Below are positions 20,966 through 31,179 of a DNA stretch of 64,000 bases, one piece after another. The stretch is from Candidatus Eiseniibacteriota bacterium. Its GTDB lineage: Bacteria > Eisenbacteria > RBG-16-71-46 > CAVPCR01. Position 1 is the stretch's first letter, and each line of letters begins with the position of its first letter. The notes under the pieces were generated by a model, which saw only the letters and a list, made by a program, of their open reading frames with translations, had not been told where the DNA came from and made no database searches. A program made the translations under genes and the position numbers. The stretch spans positions 1,792,001-1,856,000 of the forward strand of contig CAWGMA010000001.1 in NCBI GenBank assembly GCA_963823555.1, written 5' to 3'.

Positions 20966-21325
20966 TCACGCCCGCCATTCGAGGACCCCACGCCGCCAGA
21001 TGTAGACGAGGCCGGCCACGAGGACCCCCAGGAACACCAGCATCTCGATCAGGCCGAACATGCCCAGTCGCTTGAAGACCACCGCCCATGGGTAGAGGAA
21101 GACGGCCTCGATGTCGAAGAGGATGAAGATCATGGCCACGACGTAGAACTTGACCGGGAAGCGGTCGCGGGCATCCCGGACCGGCGGGATGCCGCATTCG
21201 TAGGTCGTGGGGCGAGCCCCGGGCGGGTTGAGCAACGAGATGAAGCGAGCGAGCCAGATGGCACCGGCGGCGAAAGCGGCGGCGAACAGAAGCACGATGA
21301 CAACCGGAGTGTAGTCGTCGAGCAC
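20966..21325 (-). CDS. nuoA: NADH-quinone oxidoreductase subunit A
   Basis: YECG and FILFDIEAVFLYPWA motifs. Confidence 0.95.
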   Translation of the reverse strand: MLDDYTPVVIVLLFAAAFAAGAIWLARFISLLNPPGARPTTYECGIPPVRDARDRFPVKFYVVAMIFILFDIEAVFLYPWAVVFKRLGMFGLIEMLVFLGVLVAGLVYIWRRGVLEWRA

Positions 21326-21407
21326 GATGGCGCCTCTTCCTGTCCGTCTCGTCTTGAACCGATGCCCGGCCGGCGCTGGTGAGCCGGCGGCCCGGGCCGT
21401 CGTCGCC

Positions 21408-21425
21408 TTGTGAAAAAAAACACAA
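21408..21425. promoter_or_regulatory. Rex-like operator upstream of nuoA
   Basis: TTGTG-A8-CACAA against the Rex consensus TTGTGAAnnnnTTCACAA (2 mismatches). The palindrome extends to GCCTTGTG/CACAAGGC and lies just downstream of the -10. Confidence 0.7.
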
Positions 21426-21433
21426 GGCTGGTG

Positions 21434-21462
21434 AAGCTAGCAGGGCGGCTTTCGGGTGTCAA
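21434..21462 (-). promoter_or_regulatory. sigma70-type promoter of the nuo operon
   Basis: TTGACA-N17-TAGCTT with an extended TG. Confidence 0.7.
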
Positions 21463-21592
21463 CCGCCGCCGGGATCCCTGCTCTCAACGGTGGCGCCACC
21501 TGTCACCCCGCCCCCTCCTGATGGGTCCTGAGCCCGAGCCGCACCTCCGGCCGGCCGCCTTGCGCGGCAGGTGAGGGGGCGTGCCGAGGCGT

Positions 21593-23491
21593 TCAGACGG
21601 CGCTCTCGACCTCGACGTCCGTGAAATTATCCATCAGGCGTTCGCTCCTCATCCTCTCGAGCGCGACCAGGAATCCGGCGAACGGAACGACGCGCTGATC
21701 GGCCTGGCGGGCATGTCGCCGCCAGGAAACGGCCTCGCTTTCCATCTCGCGGCCCCCGACCACCAGCACGTTCGGGATCTTCTCGATCGAGGCGGTCCGC
21801 ATGCGCTTGTTGAAGGATTCGGGGCCGGCATCCACCTCGGCCCGGAAGAGACGGGTTCGAAGCTCGGCGGCGAGCCGGTCAGCGTACTCATGGAAGGTCT
21901 GGGCCACGGGCAGGATGCGCACCTGGACCGGCGCCATCCAGGTCGGGAAAGCACCTCCGAAGTGCTCGACCAGGAAGGAGATCATCCGTTCGTGGGTGGA
22001 AAGCGGAGCGCGGTGAATGATGAGCGGTCGATGGAACGCTCCATCTTCACCCTTGTACTTCAGGTCGAACCGGGCGGCGACGCCGAAATCGAGCTGGTTG
22101 GTCGATGCGGTCTCTTCGCGCCCGACGACGTTCCGAATCTGATAGTCCACCTTGGGCCCGTAGAAGGCCGCCTCACCCGGCGCCTCCTCGTAGCGCTCAC
22201 CGAACTCCCCCAGCGCCTCGCGCACGGCGCGTTCGGCCATCTCCCAGCCTTGAGGATCGTCGAGGAACTTGGCGGCGAGCTGCACCGGATCATGCAGCGA
22301 GAGTCGCATCCAGTACTCGGCGATGCGAAAGTGCCGGTAGTAGAATCGGCACAGATCGAGCACATCGAGGAACTCCCGGCGCGCCTGGTCCGGGCGGCAG
22401 TAGATGTGGGCGTCGTTCATTGCCAGCCCGCGCACGCGCAGGAGACCGGCCAGGGTTCCCGAGAGCTCGTAACGATACACGGTCCCGTACTCGGCCAGAC
22501 GCAGCGGCAAATCGCGGTAACTCCGCGGCTGCGCCCGGTAGAGAATGTGGTGGTGCGGGCAGTTCATGGGCTTCAAGTAGTAGGGCGGCTCCCCCGCCAG
22601 CTCCATCGGCGGGTACATGCTCGCCTCGTACAGGGGCAGGTGTCCCGAAGTCATGTAGAGCCCCTGGCGTGCCAGATGCGGCGTATGGACCCGCAGGTAG
22701 CCGCGCCGGAACTCGGTCTCGATCGCGAAACGCTCGAGCTCGTCGCGGAGCACCGCTCCGTTCGGGAGCCACATGATGAGCCCCGGCCCGATGTCCTCGG
22801 AGATCGTGTACAGGCCGAGCTCGCGCCCCAGCTTGCGATGGTCGCGTTCGGCCGCCAGCCGCCGCTGCTCGACGAAATCGGCCAGCCCCTGCTTCGACTT
22901 GAAAGCGAGTCCGTAGATGCGAGTGAGCATCGGCCGCTGCTCGTCGCCCCGCCAGTAGGCGCCAGCGATGGAGTCGAGGGCGAAGCAGTCGGCGGGAATG
23001 CGATCAGTGGCCTCGACATGAGGCCCCTCGCACATGTCCTCGAAGGGTCCGTTCTTGAAGAAGGTGATCTCGCTCACTCCCTGAGCGCCGAGATCTCGCG
23101 CGTACTCGGCCTTGAGCGGCTGACCGATCGCTTCCAGGTGCGCGACGGCGTCGGCAACGGAGAGCGCTCTGAGCTCGAAGGACTGCCGGGCCTTGATGAT
23201 CTCCCGCATCCGCTTCTGGATCTCGGGCAGATCCTCCGGGGCCAGCGGCTCATCCAGGAGGAAGTCGTAGTAAAAGCCGTGCTCGGTGGGGGGCCCGAAA
23301 CCGAGTCGGGCCCCGGGGCGGACCTCGAGCACCGCCTGGGCCATGATATGGGCCAGCGAGTGCCGGCGCCGGTAGAGAGGATCATCCTCGTGGCCGGATC
23401 CCGAGTGATCGCGGTCCAGACCCGCATGGATCTCGGGAGCCTCCTGGCCCCCTTCCGGGTCCTGCGGTGGGGATTGAGAAGAAGAAGACAT
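21593..23491 (-). CDS. thrS: Threonine--tRNA ligase
   Basis: RHSLAHIMAQAV, DMCEGPHV, RDHRKLG, LKPMNCPHH, AAFYGPKVD and IIHRAP motifs. Confidence 0.96.
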   Translation of the reverse strand: MSSSSQSPPQDPEGGQEAPEIHAGLDRDHSGSGHEDDPLYRRRHSLAHIMAQAVLEVRPGARLGFGPPTEHGFYYDFLLDEPLAPEDLPEIQKRMREIIKARQSFELRALSVADAVAHLEAIGQPLKAEYARDLGAQGVSEITFFKNGPFEDMCEGPHVEATDRIPADCFALDSIAGAYWRGDEQRPMLTRIYGLAFKSKQGLADFVEQRRLAAERDHRKLGRELGLYTISEDIGPGLIMWLPNGAVLRDELERFAIETEFRRGYLRVHTPHLARQGLYMTSGHLPLYEASMYPPMELAGEPPYYLKPMNCPHHHILYRAQPRSYRDLPLRLAEYGTVYRYELSGTLAGLLRVRGLAMNDAHIYCRPDQARREFLDVLDLCRFYYRHFRIAEYWMRLSLHDPVQLAAKFLDDPQGWEMAERAVREALGEFGERYEEAPGEAAFYGPKVDYQIRNVVGREETASTNQLDFGVAARFDLKYKGEDGAFHRPLIIHRAPLSTHERMISFLVEHFGGAFPTWMAPVQVRILPVAQTFHEYADRLAAELRTRLFRAEVDAGPESFNKRMRTASIEKIPNVLVVGGREMESEAVSWRRHARQADQRVVPFAGFLVALERMRSERLMDNFTDVEVESAV

Positions 23492-23536
23492 CGCCTCACT
23501 CCGAAGATTCTTCCCGACCGCGAACGGCGCGGCGAG

Positions 23537-23621
23537 GACCGGCTCCCGCCAGGGAAGCCTGAACAGAACTCGAACCGAACTACTGAAGTCGTTGAGCCTA
23601 GGTTAGATGCGAGGGACGGTC
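23537..23621 (-). ncRNA. Candidate structured RNA element in the thrS leader
   Basis: An imperfect 85-nt rod folded by eye (GACCG/CGGUC, UCCCUCGC/GCGGGA, CCU/AGG, CUC-AAC-GACU/AGUU-GUU-GAG). G-U pairs favour the minus strand. No family recognised. Confidence 0.35.
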
Positions 23622-23690
23622 AAGCAGGGGACCTGAGCGCTGAGATGGCTGCTCGCTCGGCGGCCCCCGACCCGGCGTGGGCGTGTCGAG

Positions 23691-23776
23691 TGCCGGGGGT
23701 CGGACTCGAACCGACACGGATCGCTAAGATCCAGCGGATTTTAAGTCCGCCGTGGCTGCCATTTCACCACCCCGGC
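23691..23776 (-). tRNA. tRNA-Leu(UAA)
   Basis: GCCGGGG acceptor stem, GCGGA-CT-TAA-AA-TCCGC anticodon arm, long variable arm, GGTTCGAGTCC T-loop. CCA is not encoded. Confidence 0.96.
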
Positions 23777-23830
23777 ACCAAGAGAATCATGAACAGGCGC
23801 CTGCAAGCAGGATCAGGCTCTCCCCGCCGC

Positions 23831-26011
23831 TCACCCCTGCCGCAGATCTTCCGCCCGGATCGGTAACCGGCGCAGGCGCTTCCTAGTCGCGGCGAACACC
23901 GCGTTGGCCACCGCCGGCGCCACGGGCGGTACCCCCGGCTCCCCGATGCCCCCCAGCTCGCCCCCGCTCGGAGCCAGGTGAACCTCGATCCGCGGGGTCT
24001 CGTCCAGCGTCAGGATGGCATAGTCGTCGAAGTTCTGTTCGACGACACGGCCCTTCTCGATCGTGATCTCACCTTTCAACGCCGCGGACAGCCCGAAGAC
24101 GACGCCACTCTCCATTTGCGCCACGATGGTATCGGGATGGATGACCCGACCGCAATCGACCGCACAGACCATGCGTTCGACGCGGACCTGACCTTCGCGC
24201 ACGACGACCTCGGCCACCATCGCCACGATCGATCCGAAGCACTCGTGGATGGCCACCCCCCGCCCACGCCCGGGCGGGAGCGGTGAATCCCATCCGGATT
24301 TCTCCGCCACGAGGTCGAGCAAGGCTCTGTGTCGCGGCGCGTCGCCGAGCAGACCGCGCCGGAAATCGATCGGATCGCGCTTCGCCGCCGCCGCCACCTC
24401 ATCGAGGAAGCACTCCGTGACAAAGGCGTTTTGCGAGCTTCCCACCGAGCGCCACCATCCCACCGGAATGCCCGGATCGTAGCGCGTGTAGCGCACGTCG
24501 ACATGCGGGATCGCATAGGGCAAGTGCCAGGCCCCCTCGAGCGAGGTGGCGTCGATGCCGTCCTTGACGGCATCGGGAGCGACCCGGCCGAGGATGCTCG
24601 GACCGATGGCGTGATGACTCCAGGCGACCAGAGAGCCGGTCAAGTCGATTCCGGCGCGCATGACGTTGTAGGTGGCCGGCCGGTAGTAATCGTGTCGCAT
24701 GTCGTCTTCACGCGACCACGCGACCTGGACCGGAGCCCCCACCGCCTTCGACAGCTCGACGGCCTCGATCACCACGTCCATCTCCGCGCGGCGTCCGAAG
24801 CCACCTCCCAGGTAGGTCGTGTGGACGACCACCGCGCTGGGATCGAGCCCCAGGATCTCGGCCGCCGTCGCCTGGGCCGCGGTCGCATTCTGTGTGGGCA
24901 CCCAGAGCTCGCAGCGGTCGGCGGTCACGTGGGCCGTGGCGTTCATCGGCTCCATCGTGGCATGGGCGAGGAAGGGCACCTCATAGTAGGCGATCATCGT
25001 GCTTGCCGCCTTGCTGAGCCCCAACGCGCCCTCCCCCCGCTTCTCCCCGACCACCCCCGATTGGAGCCCGATCTGGGCCATCTTGCCGCGGATCGACCCC
25101 GTGTCGATGACCGCGACCGGGCCCTCGTCCCACTCGATCCCGAGCGCCTCGCGGCCCCGCCATGCGGCCCACGCGCTGTCGGCGACGACCCCCACTCCCC
25201 CCGAGATCGACTCCACGCGGCGGACGCCGGGAATCTTGCGGGCCGCGGCGGAGTCGAAGCTCACCACGCGGCCACCGAAGACTGGTGAATGCGTCACGCT
25301 CGCGATGAGCATCCCCGGAACGCGGACATCGAGACCGAAGACCGCGCTGCCATCCACCTTGCTCTGCGCATCGAGGCGCTCGACGGAGGTGCCAAGGAGC
25401 TTCCAGTCCTTCGGGTCCTTGATGGGGGGATCCTCGGGCAACGGGAGCCCCTGGGCCTTCTCGGCGAGCTCGCCGTAGGCGAGGCGGCGCCCACTCGCGG
25501 GATGCAGGACCGCCCCGGAGGCCGCGAGGCAGCTCGCCGGTTCGACTCCCCAGGACGCGGCGGCGGCGGCGATGAGCATCTCGCGGGCCTGTGCCCCCGC
25601 CTTCCGCAGCGGACCGAAGGAGGTGCGAATGCTGCGACTCCCACCCGTCGACATGTTGCCGTAGATCGGCGCCGGGATTGCTTGCTCGAAGCGGACATCC
25701 TGCCATCTCACCTCGAGTTCTTCGGCGACCAGCATCGGCAACGAAGTCCGCACACCCTGGCCCATCTCCGAGCGCGCCACCCAGATCGTGACCTGACCTC
25801 CCGGAGCGATGCTGAGCCAGGCATTGGGCGCGAAGGAGTCGGCCGCCAGCTGAGCTGCGCTCTCGCCGGCTTCCGGCAGGTGGAACCCGATGACGAGACC
25901 AGCCCCGGCCACCACACCGGTCTTGACGAACTGGCGACGGGAGATCTGCATCGCAACGCTCTTACCGGTCCTGATCTGCTTCCGTGACCCTCGATCCCGT
26001 GTTGCGGTCAT
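23831..26011 (-). CDS. Xanthine dehydrogenase-family molybdopterin-binding subunit (IorB-like), Tat-exported
   Basis: SRRQFVK twin-arginine motif, [33 protein letters not shown] and GIGEPG motifs. Alternative start at 25951. Confidence 0.92.
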   Translation of the reverse strand: MTATRDRGSRKQIRTGKSVAMQISRRQFVKTGVVAGAGLVIGFHLPEAGESAAQLAADSFAPNAWLSIAPGGQVTIWVARSEMGQGVRTSLPMLVAEELEVRWQDVRFEQAIPAPIYGNMSTGGSRSIRTSFGPLRKAGAQAREMLIAAAAASWGVEPASCLAASGAVLHPASGRRLAYGELAEKAQGLPLPEDPPIKDPKDWKLLGTSVERLDAQSKVDGSAVFGLDVRVPGMLIASVTHSPVFGGRVVSFDSAAARKIPGVRRVESISGGVGVVADSAWAAWRGREALGIEWDEGPVAVIDTGSIRGKMAQIGLQSGVVGEKRGEGALGLSKAASTMIAYYEVPFLAHATMEPMNATAHVTADRCELWVPTQNATAAQATAAEILGLDPSAVVVHTTYLGGGFGRRAEMDVVIEAVELSKAVGAPVQVAWSREDDMRHDYYRPATYNVMRAGIDLTGSLVAWSHHAIGPSILGRVAPDAVKDGIDATSLEGAWHLPYAIPHVDVRYTRYDPGIPVGWWRSVGSSQNAFVTECFLDEVAAAAKRDPIDFRRGLLGDAPRHRALLDLVAEKSGWDSPLPPGRGRGVAIHECFGSIVAMVAEVVVREGQVRVERMVCAVDCGRVIHPDTIVAQMESGVVFGLSAALKGEITIEKGRVVEQNFDDYAILTLDETPRIEVHLAPSGGELGGIGEPGVPPVAPAVANAVFAATRKRLRRLPIRAEDLRQG

Positions 26012-26469
26012 CGCGACTCACCTCCCTTCGCCGCCCGGTGAATCGCCCGCCGGATCCGCGTGTAGGTCCCGCATCGGCACAGTACGTCGCCCATGACACG
26101 ATCGATATCGGCATCGTTAGGCGCGGGATTCGCGGCCAGGAGCGCCACCGCCGTCATGATCTGCCCGGACTGGCAGTAGCCGCACTGCGGCACCTGCTCG
26201 GCCACCCAGGCATCCTGCACCCGGTGCCGGCCACCCAGACCTTCGATCGTCACGATGCGAGCTGTCCTCACTTCGGCCACGGTCGTCACGCATGAGCGCG
26301 TCGCCTCGCCGTCGACGTGCACCGTGCACGACCCGCACAGACCCCTCCCGCAACCGTACTTGGTTCCAGTGAGATCGAGATGATCACGGAGTGCCCACAG
26401 CAGCGGCAGCTCGGGATCCGCCTCGAGCTTGTACTCCCTGCCGTTGACGTTCAGCTTGAACGTGCTCAT
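26008..26469 (-). CDS. [2Fe-2S]-binding small subunit (IorA/CoxS-like)
   Basis: [25 protein letters not shown] and LCRCGTY motifs. GGAGG RBS. Confidence 0.93.
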   Translation of the reverse strand: MSTFKLNVNGREYKLEADPELPLLWALRDHLDLTGTKYGCGRGLCGSCTVHVDGEATRSCVTTVAEVRTARIVTIEGLGGRHRVQDAWVAEQVPQCGYCQSGQIMTAVALLAANPAPNDADIDRVMGDVLCRCGTYTRIRRAIHRAAKGGESR

Positions 26470-26562
26470 CGTCACCTCCCCCGGGCGCCGTGAGACGACC
26501 TCAGCACCCGCTGAAGCCGCCAGTCTAGCACCCAGGCGAGAAGGCCGCTCGGCGGGGGTGAG

Positions 26563-28419
26563 CTATCTTTCGCCCTTCGACGCGGCCTCGGCTTGGATGG
26601 CCTCCATCGCGGCCGCGACCGGCGGGCTACCGGGCGGGCAGAGGAAGATCACTCGATCTCCACGCTGCCAGATCTGGTCGGCGTGGACCACGTCGGCGCT
26701 CGAATCTCGCAGCCGCACCAGCGGGAGCGCGTCCAGGGGACACGGCACGCCAGCCGCCTCGGTCGCGCGCCACGCTGCCGGCACTTGCCACTCCTCGGTC
26801 CTCATGTGCTCATCCGCCAGGCGATCCCAGTGCGCCACATCGATCGGCCGCCCGAAGGCCAGATTGCCGCCGCTCGACTTGAGGAGGCGCGGGCCCGCAC
26901 CGCGCTCCGGACTATCGAGTGCGGGGTACGCTCGACCCACGCCGAACAGATCCCGGGCCAGCTGCGCGGCCAGCACATTCACCTCCGAGTTCGAGGTCAC
27001 TCCCACCAGGGTCTCGGCCTCGTCGGTCCTCGCCTGATCAAGCGTGTCCTCGTCGAGCGCATTGCCCAGGACCACGTCGAACCCGGCCCGCCGCGCCTCT
27101 TCCACAAACACTGGATTGCGATCGATCAGCACCACGGGCCGCTGGTTGGCCTTGAGTATCCCAGCGATCGAGCGGCCCAGCGGGCCCGCACCGACGACCA
27201 CGGCCCGCCGCCGCTCCATGCTGTGAATGCCGAGCGCCCGCGCCAGGAGAGGAGCAGTGAGACCCTGGATGGTCACCGTCATGGCGACCGCGAGGAAGGT
27301 GAGCGCCAGCAATCGCTCGCCGCCAGCGTAGCCGTCCTCCGCCATGGTCAACGCGAAGAGCGAAGCCACCGAGGCGGCCACGATCCCGCGCGGACCGATC
27401 CAGGAGATGAAGGCTCTCTCCCGGCCGCTGAGATCGGCTCCCCGTGTCGACAGAAAGACCGAGATCGGCCGCACGACGAGCATCATCATGAGCACCGTGG
27501 CCACGCCGCGCAGTCCCTCGCTCGCCACGGCCTCGAGACGGAGATTGGCCGCCAGGAGAATGAAGAGAACACTGATCGAGAGCACGGTCAGGTTCTCCTT
27601 GAAGCGGCGCAGTTGCCGCTCGCCGGGCACCGCGCCACGCTGCAGGACCAGGCCCAAGACCACGGAGGACATGAGCCCCGCCTCGCTCTGCAGGGACTCG
27701 GCGATGCCGAACGTGACCCAGACCCCGGCCAGCGCCACCAGGTTGGCGAGCTCCGCCGGCACGAATCTGCGCGCGCGCATGAGCAACGTGAGCAGGATGC
27801 CACCGACGACGCCGACGGCGGCGCCGACGAGGATCCGCCCGCCATACCCCCAGACAGCGGTTTCCAGGCCGGCGGACCGGTCTCTCATCCCCATCACCAG
27901 ATCGAGCACGGAAACCGCAAGAATGGCGCCGATCGGATCGGTGAGGATGGCCTCACCCTCGAGGATGGCCTTGATCTTCCGCGGGACATGGATGCGCTTG
28001 AGGAGGGGATGGACGACGGTCGGCCCCGTCACCGTCATCAGGGAGCCGAAGGTCAAGGCCACGGGCCAGCTCAAATGGGCGACGAAATGCGCCAGCAGGC
28101 TCGTCAGGATCCAGGTCACGAGGACACCGATCGTGACCAGATTGCGCACCGGACCTGCGGTGCGCTTGAGATCGCCGAGCCGGAGATTGAGCGCACCCTC
28201 GAAGAGAATGATGGAGACGGCGAGCTTGATGAGGATGGCCAGGCCGTCACCCAGCTCCGCGGGCCTCACCCAATCGAGCCCATCGGGACCGAGCGCGATC
28301 CCGAGGAAGAGCAGGAGCACGATCGAGGGCACCTGCCACCGATGGGCGAGCACCTGCCCCAGGAGTCCGGCTCCGACCGCCCAGACGATCGCGATCAGGG
28401 GACCGAGATGGTGTTCCAT
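26563..28419 (-). CDS. CPA1 (NhaP-like) cation:proton antiporter with RCK/TrkA-N domain
   Basis: ILFEGAL, VTGPTVV, EAILTDPIG and GPRGIVAASVA motifs, then the Rossmann VVVGAGPLG. Confidence 0.92.
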   Translation of the reverse strand: MEHHLGPLIAIVWAVGAGLLGQVLAHRWQVPSIVLLLFLGIALGPDGLDWVRPAELGDGLAILIKLAVSIILFEGALNLRLGDLKRTAGPVRNLVTIGVLVTWILTSLLAHFVAHLSWPVALTFGSLMTVTGPTVVHPLLKRIHVPRKIKAILEGEAILTDPIGAILAVSVLDLVMGMRDRSAGLETAVWGYGGRILVGAAVGVVGGILLTLLMRARRFVPAELANLVALAGVWVTFGIAESLQSEAGLMSSVVLGLVLQRGAVPGERQLRRFKENLTVLSISVLFILLAANLRLEAVASEGLRGVATVLMMMLVVRPISVFLSTRGADLSGRERAFISWIGPRGIVAASVASLFALTMAEDGYAGGERLLALTFLAVAMTVTIQGLTAPLLARALGIHSMERRRAVVVGAGPLGRSIAGILKANQRPVVLIDRNPVFVEEARRAGFDVVLGNALDEDTLDQARTDEAETLVGVTSNSEVNVLAAQLARDLFGVGRAYPALDSPERGAGPRLLKSSGGNLAFGRPIDVAHWDRLADEHMRTEEWQVPAAWRATEAAGVPCPLDALPLVRLRDSSADVVHADQIWQRGDRVIFLCPPGSPPVAAAMEAIQAEAASKGER

Positions 28420-28476
28420 GGACCCTCCACAGCGCGGTCATGCAGCCGCGATTCGCGAAGGGTGATGATGGACAGA

Positions 28477-28491
28477 GCGATTGTCAATCGC
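28477..28491. promoter_or_regulatory. Perfect palindrome over a TTGACA -35-like hexamer upstream of the antiporter
   Basis: GCGATTG-T-CAATCGC, about 60 nt before the 28419 start. Confidence 0.4.
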
Positions 28492-28581
28492 CGGGATGTT
28501 GCTTCGCCCCCGCGGGGACGGTCCGCGCCGGGTCGTCCGGCGCGAGCGGAGTCAGCGAGGAGGACTCCGAGGGAGGAGGGA

Positions 28582-28656
28582 TGGAGGCGGCAACCGGATT
28601 CGAACCGGTGCATAACGGTTTTGCAGACCGTTGCCTTACCACTTGGCTATGCCGCC
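28582..28656 (-). tRNA. tRNA-Cys(GCA)
   Basis: GGCGGCATAGCCAAGTGGTAAGGC...ACGGT-CT-GCA-AA-ACCGT...GGTTCGAATCC...TCCA. Confidence 0.97.
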
Positions 28657-28729
28657 CCGCAAGATATCGAGCTTGAAGATAGCAGACCCAGACCCCGTCC
28701 CGTCAAGGCCGCGGCCGGAGCGAGGGCGA

Positions 28730-28930
28730 TCAGTCCTCGTGCTCGGCAGGACGCAGGCGCTCGGCGCCGGGCAGGGTGCCGATCAAGCGCGCCGGATCGT
28801 GAATCAGGATCGGCAGGTGCTCGGGGCAGATCCAGTAGCTTCCGGCGAGGTACTCGAGCCGGATGAGCGGGGTCTCCTGCGGCGTGCGGCCACACTCGAG
28901 GCAACGTGATTGGGCATTGGAGCTGGACAT
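28730..28930 (-). CDS. Small (66 aa) putative metal-binding protein
   Basis: MSSSNAQSRCLECGR...PL...WICPEHLPILIHDP, with CxxC and CxxH pairs. Confidence 0.7.
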   Translation of the reverse strand: MSSSNAQSRCLECGRTPQETPLIRLEYLAGSYWICPEHLPILIHDPARLIGTLPGAERLRPAEHED

Positions 28931-29010
28931 GAGCCGAGCATAGAGGATCGGCCGCCTCAAGTCATCGGCCCAAACTGCCGTGGGCGCGCTGTCACTGGCC
29001 CCGGCACCCC

Positions 29011-31179
29011 TCAGGCGGCACGGGCCCGCGAATCGGTCCTCGGCACCTCCCGGCCCGGGCGGTTGCCGGCCAGGAAGCTCGCCACCTCCGCCGCCGGCAT
29101 GGGCCGGGCGAAGAGATACCCTTGCATCAAGGCGCAACCGCTGGCCAGGAGCACGTCTCGCTGCTTCTCGGTCTCCACTCCCTCGGCCAGGGGTTCGACA
29201 CCGAGGGCATGGGACAGGGCGACGATGGCCGCCACGATGGTGGCATCCCGCGCGCTGTCGTCCACGTCCTTGATGAACGCGCGGTCGATCTTCAGCACGT
29301 CGATGGGGAAACGCTTGAGGTAGCCCAGCGAGGAGTAGCCCGTGCCGAAGTCATCGATCGCGATCCTGAAGCCGCAGTCCTTGAGCTCGCGCAGCATGCG
29401 CTCACCCGCTTCCAGGTTCTCGACCAGGACACTCTCGGTGATTTCCAGCGTGACCCGACCGGGATCGAAACCGGCCTCGTGCACCAAGCCCAGGATCTCC
29501 GCGGCCAGGGTCGGGTTCTTGAACTGCTGCCCGGAGATGTTGATGGAGACATAGATCGGTGGCAGACCTTCCGCATCCCACTCCCGCACCTGCCGCAGGG
29601 CCTTCCGCACCGACTGCTCGGTGAGCTCACCGATCAGCCCCAAACGCTCCGCCAGCGCCACGAAGTGGGCCGCGCTGACGCAGCCGACCTGGGGGTGCGT
29701 CCACCGTGAGAGCACCTCGACCCCGACGACACGGTCGGTCCTGGCATCGACGAGCGGTTGATAGTGCACGTTCATCTCCCGGCCGCGCACCGCACGTCGG
29801 AGCCCGGTCTCGAGGATGAAACTCTGCATGGCCTGTTCATGCATCGATCGGTTGAAGAAGGCAAACGTGTTGCGTCCGGCGTCCTTCGCCTGGTGAACGG
29901 CAATATCGGCGTTCTTCAGGAGATCCGCGAACTGCACCCCATCATCCGGAAACATGCTGATACCAATGCTGCCGGAGAGATAGATGTCCCCGGCATCGTG
30001 TTGCAGCGGAGCGCGGAGCGCCTCTAGGATCCGCGCCGCCATGGTGGCCGCCTCCTCGACCGAGGCGAGGTCGACGAGCGCCAGCAGGAATTCATCCCCA
30101 CCCAGGCGTGCGACCGAGTTGGCGGCTTCGCCGTCATCGCTGCGTCCCGGTTCACGGCTCACGCAGACCACCTCTTCGAGGCGCCTCCCGACCTCGGCGA
30201 GCACCGCATCCCCCACCTTGTGGCCCAGTGAGTCGTTGATCTGCTTGAAGCTGTCGAGGTTGAGCAGCATGCTCGCCAGCTTGCGGTCGCGGCGCCGCGC
30301 ATGGGCCATGGAATCCCGGAACCGATTGGCGAACAGAGCCCGGTTGGGCAGTCCAGTCAGCGCATCGTAGTAGGCAAGCGTCCGGATCTGCTCCTCGGCG
30401 CGCACGCGATCCGTGATGTCCTGCATCGTACCGCGAATGCTGAGGAGCTCGCCGCCGCGATGCCGCACCGGCTCGGCCCGAACGTGCACGAATCGCGGCT
30501 CGTCGCCGTTGGCCTGGAGCCGGTGTTGCTGGTCGAGCCCCGTCTCCCCGTGCAGCAGGGCGCCCATGGCCTGCTCCACGGCGGCCCGATCCTCGGGATG
30601 AACGACGCCCAGGTAGCTCTGCAGCCCCGCCGTCGCCTCCGCATCGAGGCCGAGCAGCGCGTCGACCTGCGCCGAGCGACGGAAGAGACCGGAGCCCAGG
30701 TCGAGCTCCCAGTGACCGAGGCGCGCTATGCGCTGGGCATCGGCCAGCCGCGATTCGCTGCTCCTGAGGGCGGACATCATGCTGTCCGCACGCAGCATGA
30801 AGCGGACACGATGGCTCAGCATCGGCGGGCTGATCGGCTTGGCGGCGAAGTCCGTGGCCCCGACCTCGAACGAACGATGAAACGCCTGGACATCGTCGAG
30901 CCCGGTGAGCATGAGCACCGGGACACCGCTGCCCGCTGGCAGAGCCCGGATCGCAGCGCAGGCAGCGAAACCATCGAGCTTCGGCATGAGCACATCCAGG
31001 ATGACGAGGTCGGGTTCCAGCGCCGACGCCAGATCGACGCCCTCGGCGCCGTCCCCGGCCTCGACGACCTCGAATCCGGACTCACGAAGCACGTTGCTCA
31101 GAATGAAGCGCCCCGTCACGTCATCGTCCACGACGAGGATCACCGGCCGTTCCCGGGTGAGCGTTTGATCAAGCGGCAT
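29011..31179 (-). CDS. REC-PAS-GGDEF-EAL c-di-GMP signalling protein
   Basis: REC (ILVVDDD, LDVLMP), PAS, YDALTGLPNR, RLGGDEF, EVLSRW, IDDFGTGYSSL, AEGVE, MQGY. Confidence 0.95.
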   Translation of the reverse strand: MPLDQTLTRERPVILVVDDDVTGRFILSNVLRESGFEVVEAGDGAEGVDLASALEPDLVILDVLMPKLDGFAACAAIRALPAGSGVPVLMLTGLDDVQAFHRSFEVGATDFAAKPISPPMLSHRVRFMLRADSMMSALRSSESRLADAQRIARLGHWELDLGSGLFRRSAQVDALLGLDAEATAGLQSYLGVVHPEDRAAVEQAMGALLHGETGLDQQHRLQANGDEPRFVHVRAEPVRHRGGELLSIRGTMQDITDRVRAEEQIRTLAYYDALTGLPNRALFANRFRDSMAHARRRDRKLASMLLNLDSFKQINDSLGHKVGDAVLAEVGRRLEEVVCVSREPGRSDDGEAANSVARLGGDEFLLALVDLASVEEAATMAARILEALRAPLQHDAGDIYLSGSIGISMFPDDGVQFADLLKNADIAVHQAKDAGRNTFAFFNRSMHEQAMQSFILETGLRRAVRGREMNVHYQPLVDARTDRVVGVEVLSRWTHPQVGCVSAAHFVALAERLGLIGELTEQSVRKALRQVREWDAEGLPPIYVSINISGQQFKNPTLAAEILGLVHEAGFDPGRVTLEITESVLVENLEAGERMLRELKDCGFRIAIDDFGTGYSSLGYLKRFPIDVLKIDRAFIKDVDDSARDATIVAAIVALSHALGVEPLAEGVETEKQRDVLLASGCALMQGYLFARPMPAAEVASFLAGNRPGREVPRTDSRARAA

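Noticed and set aside
23492..23690. T-box, 6S RNA or known riboswitch
   Set aside because: No T-box (UGGNACC) motif or terminator, too short for a typical 6S RNA, and no recognisable TPP, FMN, SAM or cobalamin cores.
28657..28730. att-site duplications of tRNA 3' ends flanking the inserted blocks
   Set aside because: Only 5-6 nt chance matches were found by eye, here and at 23777-23830.
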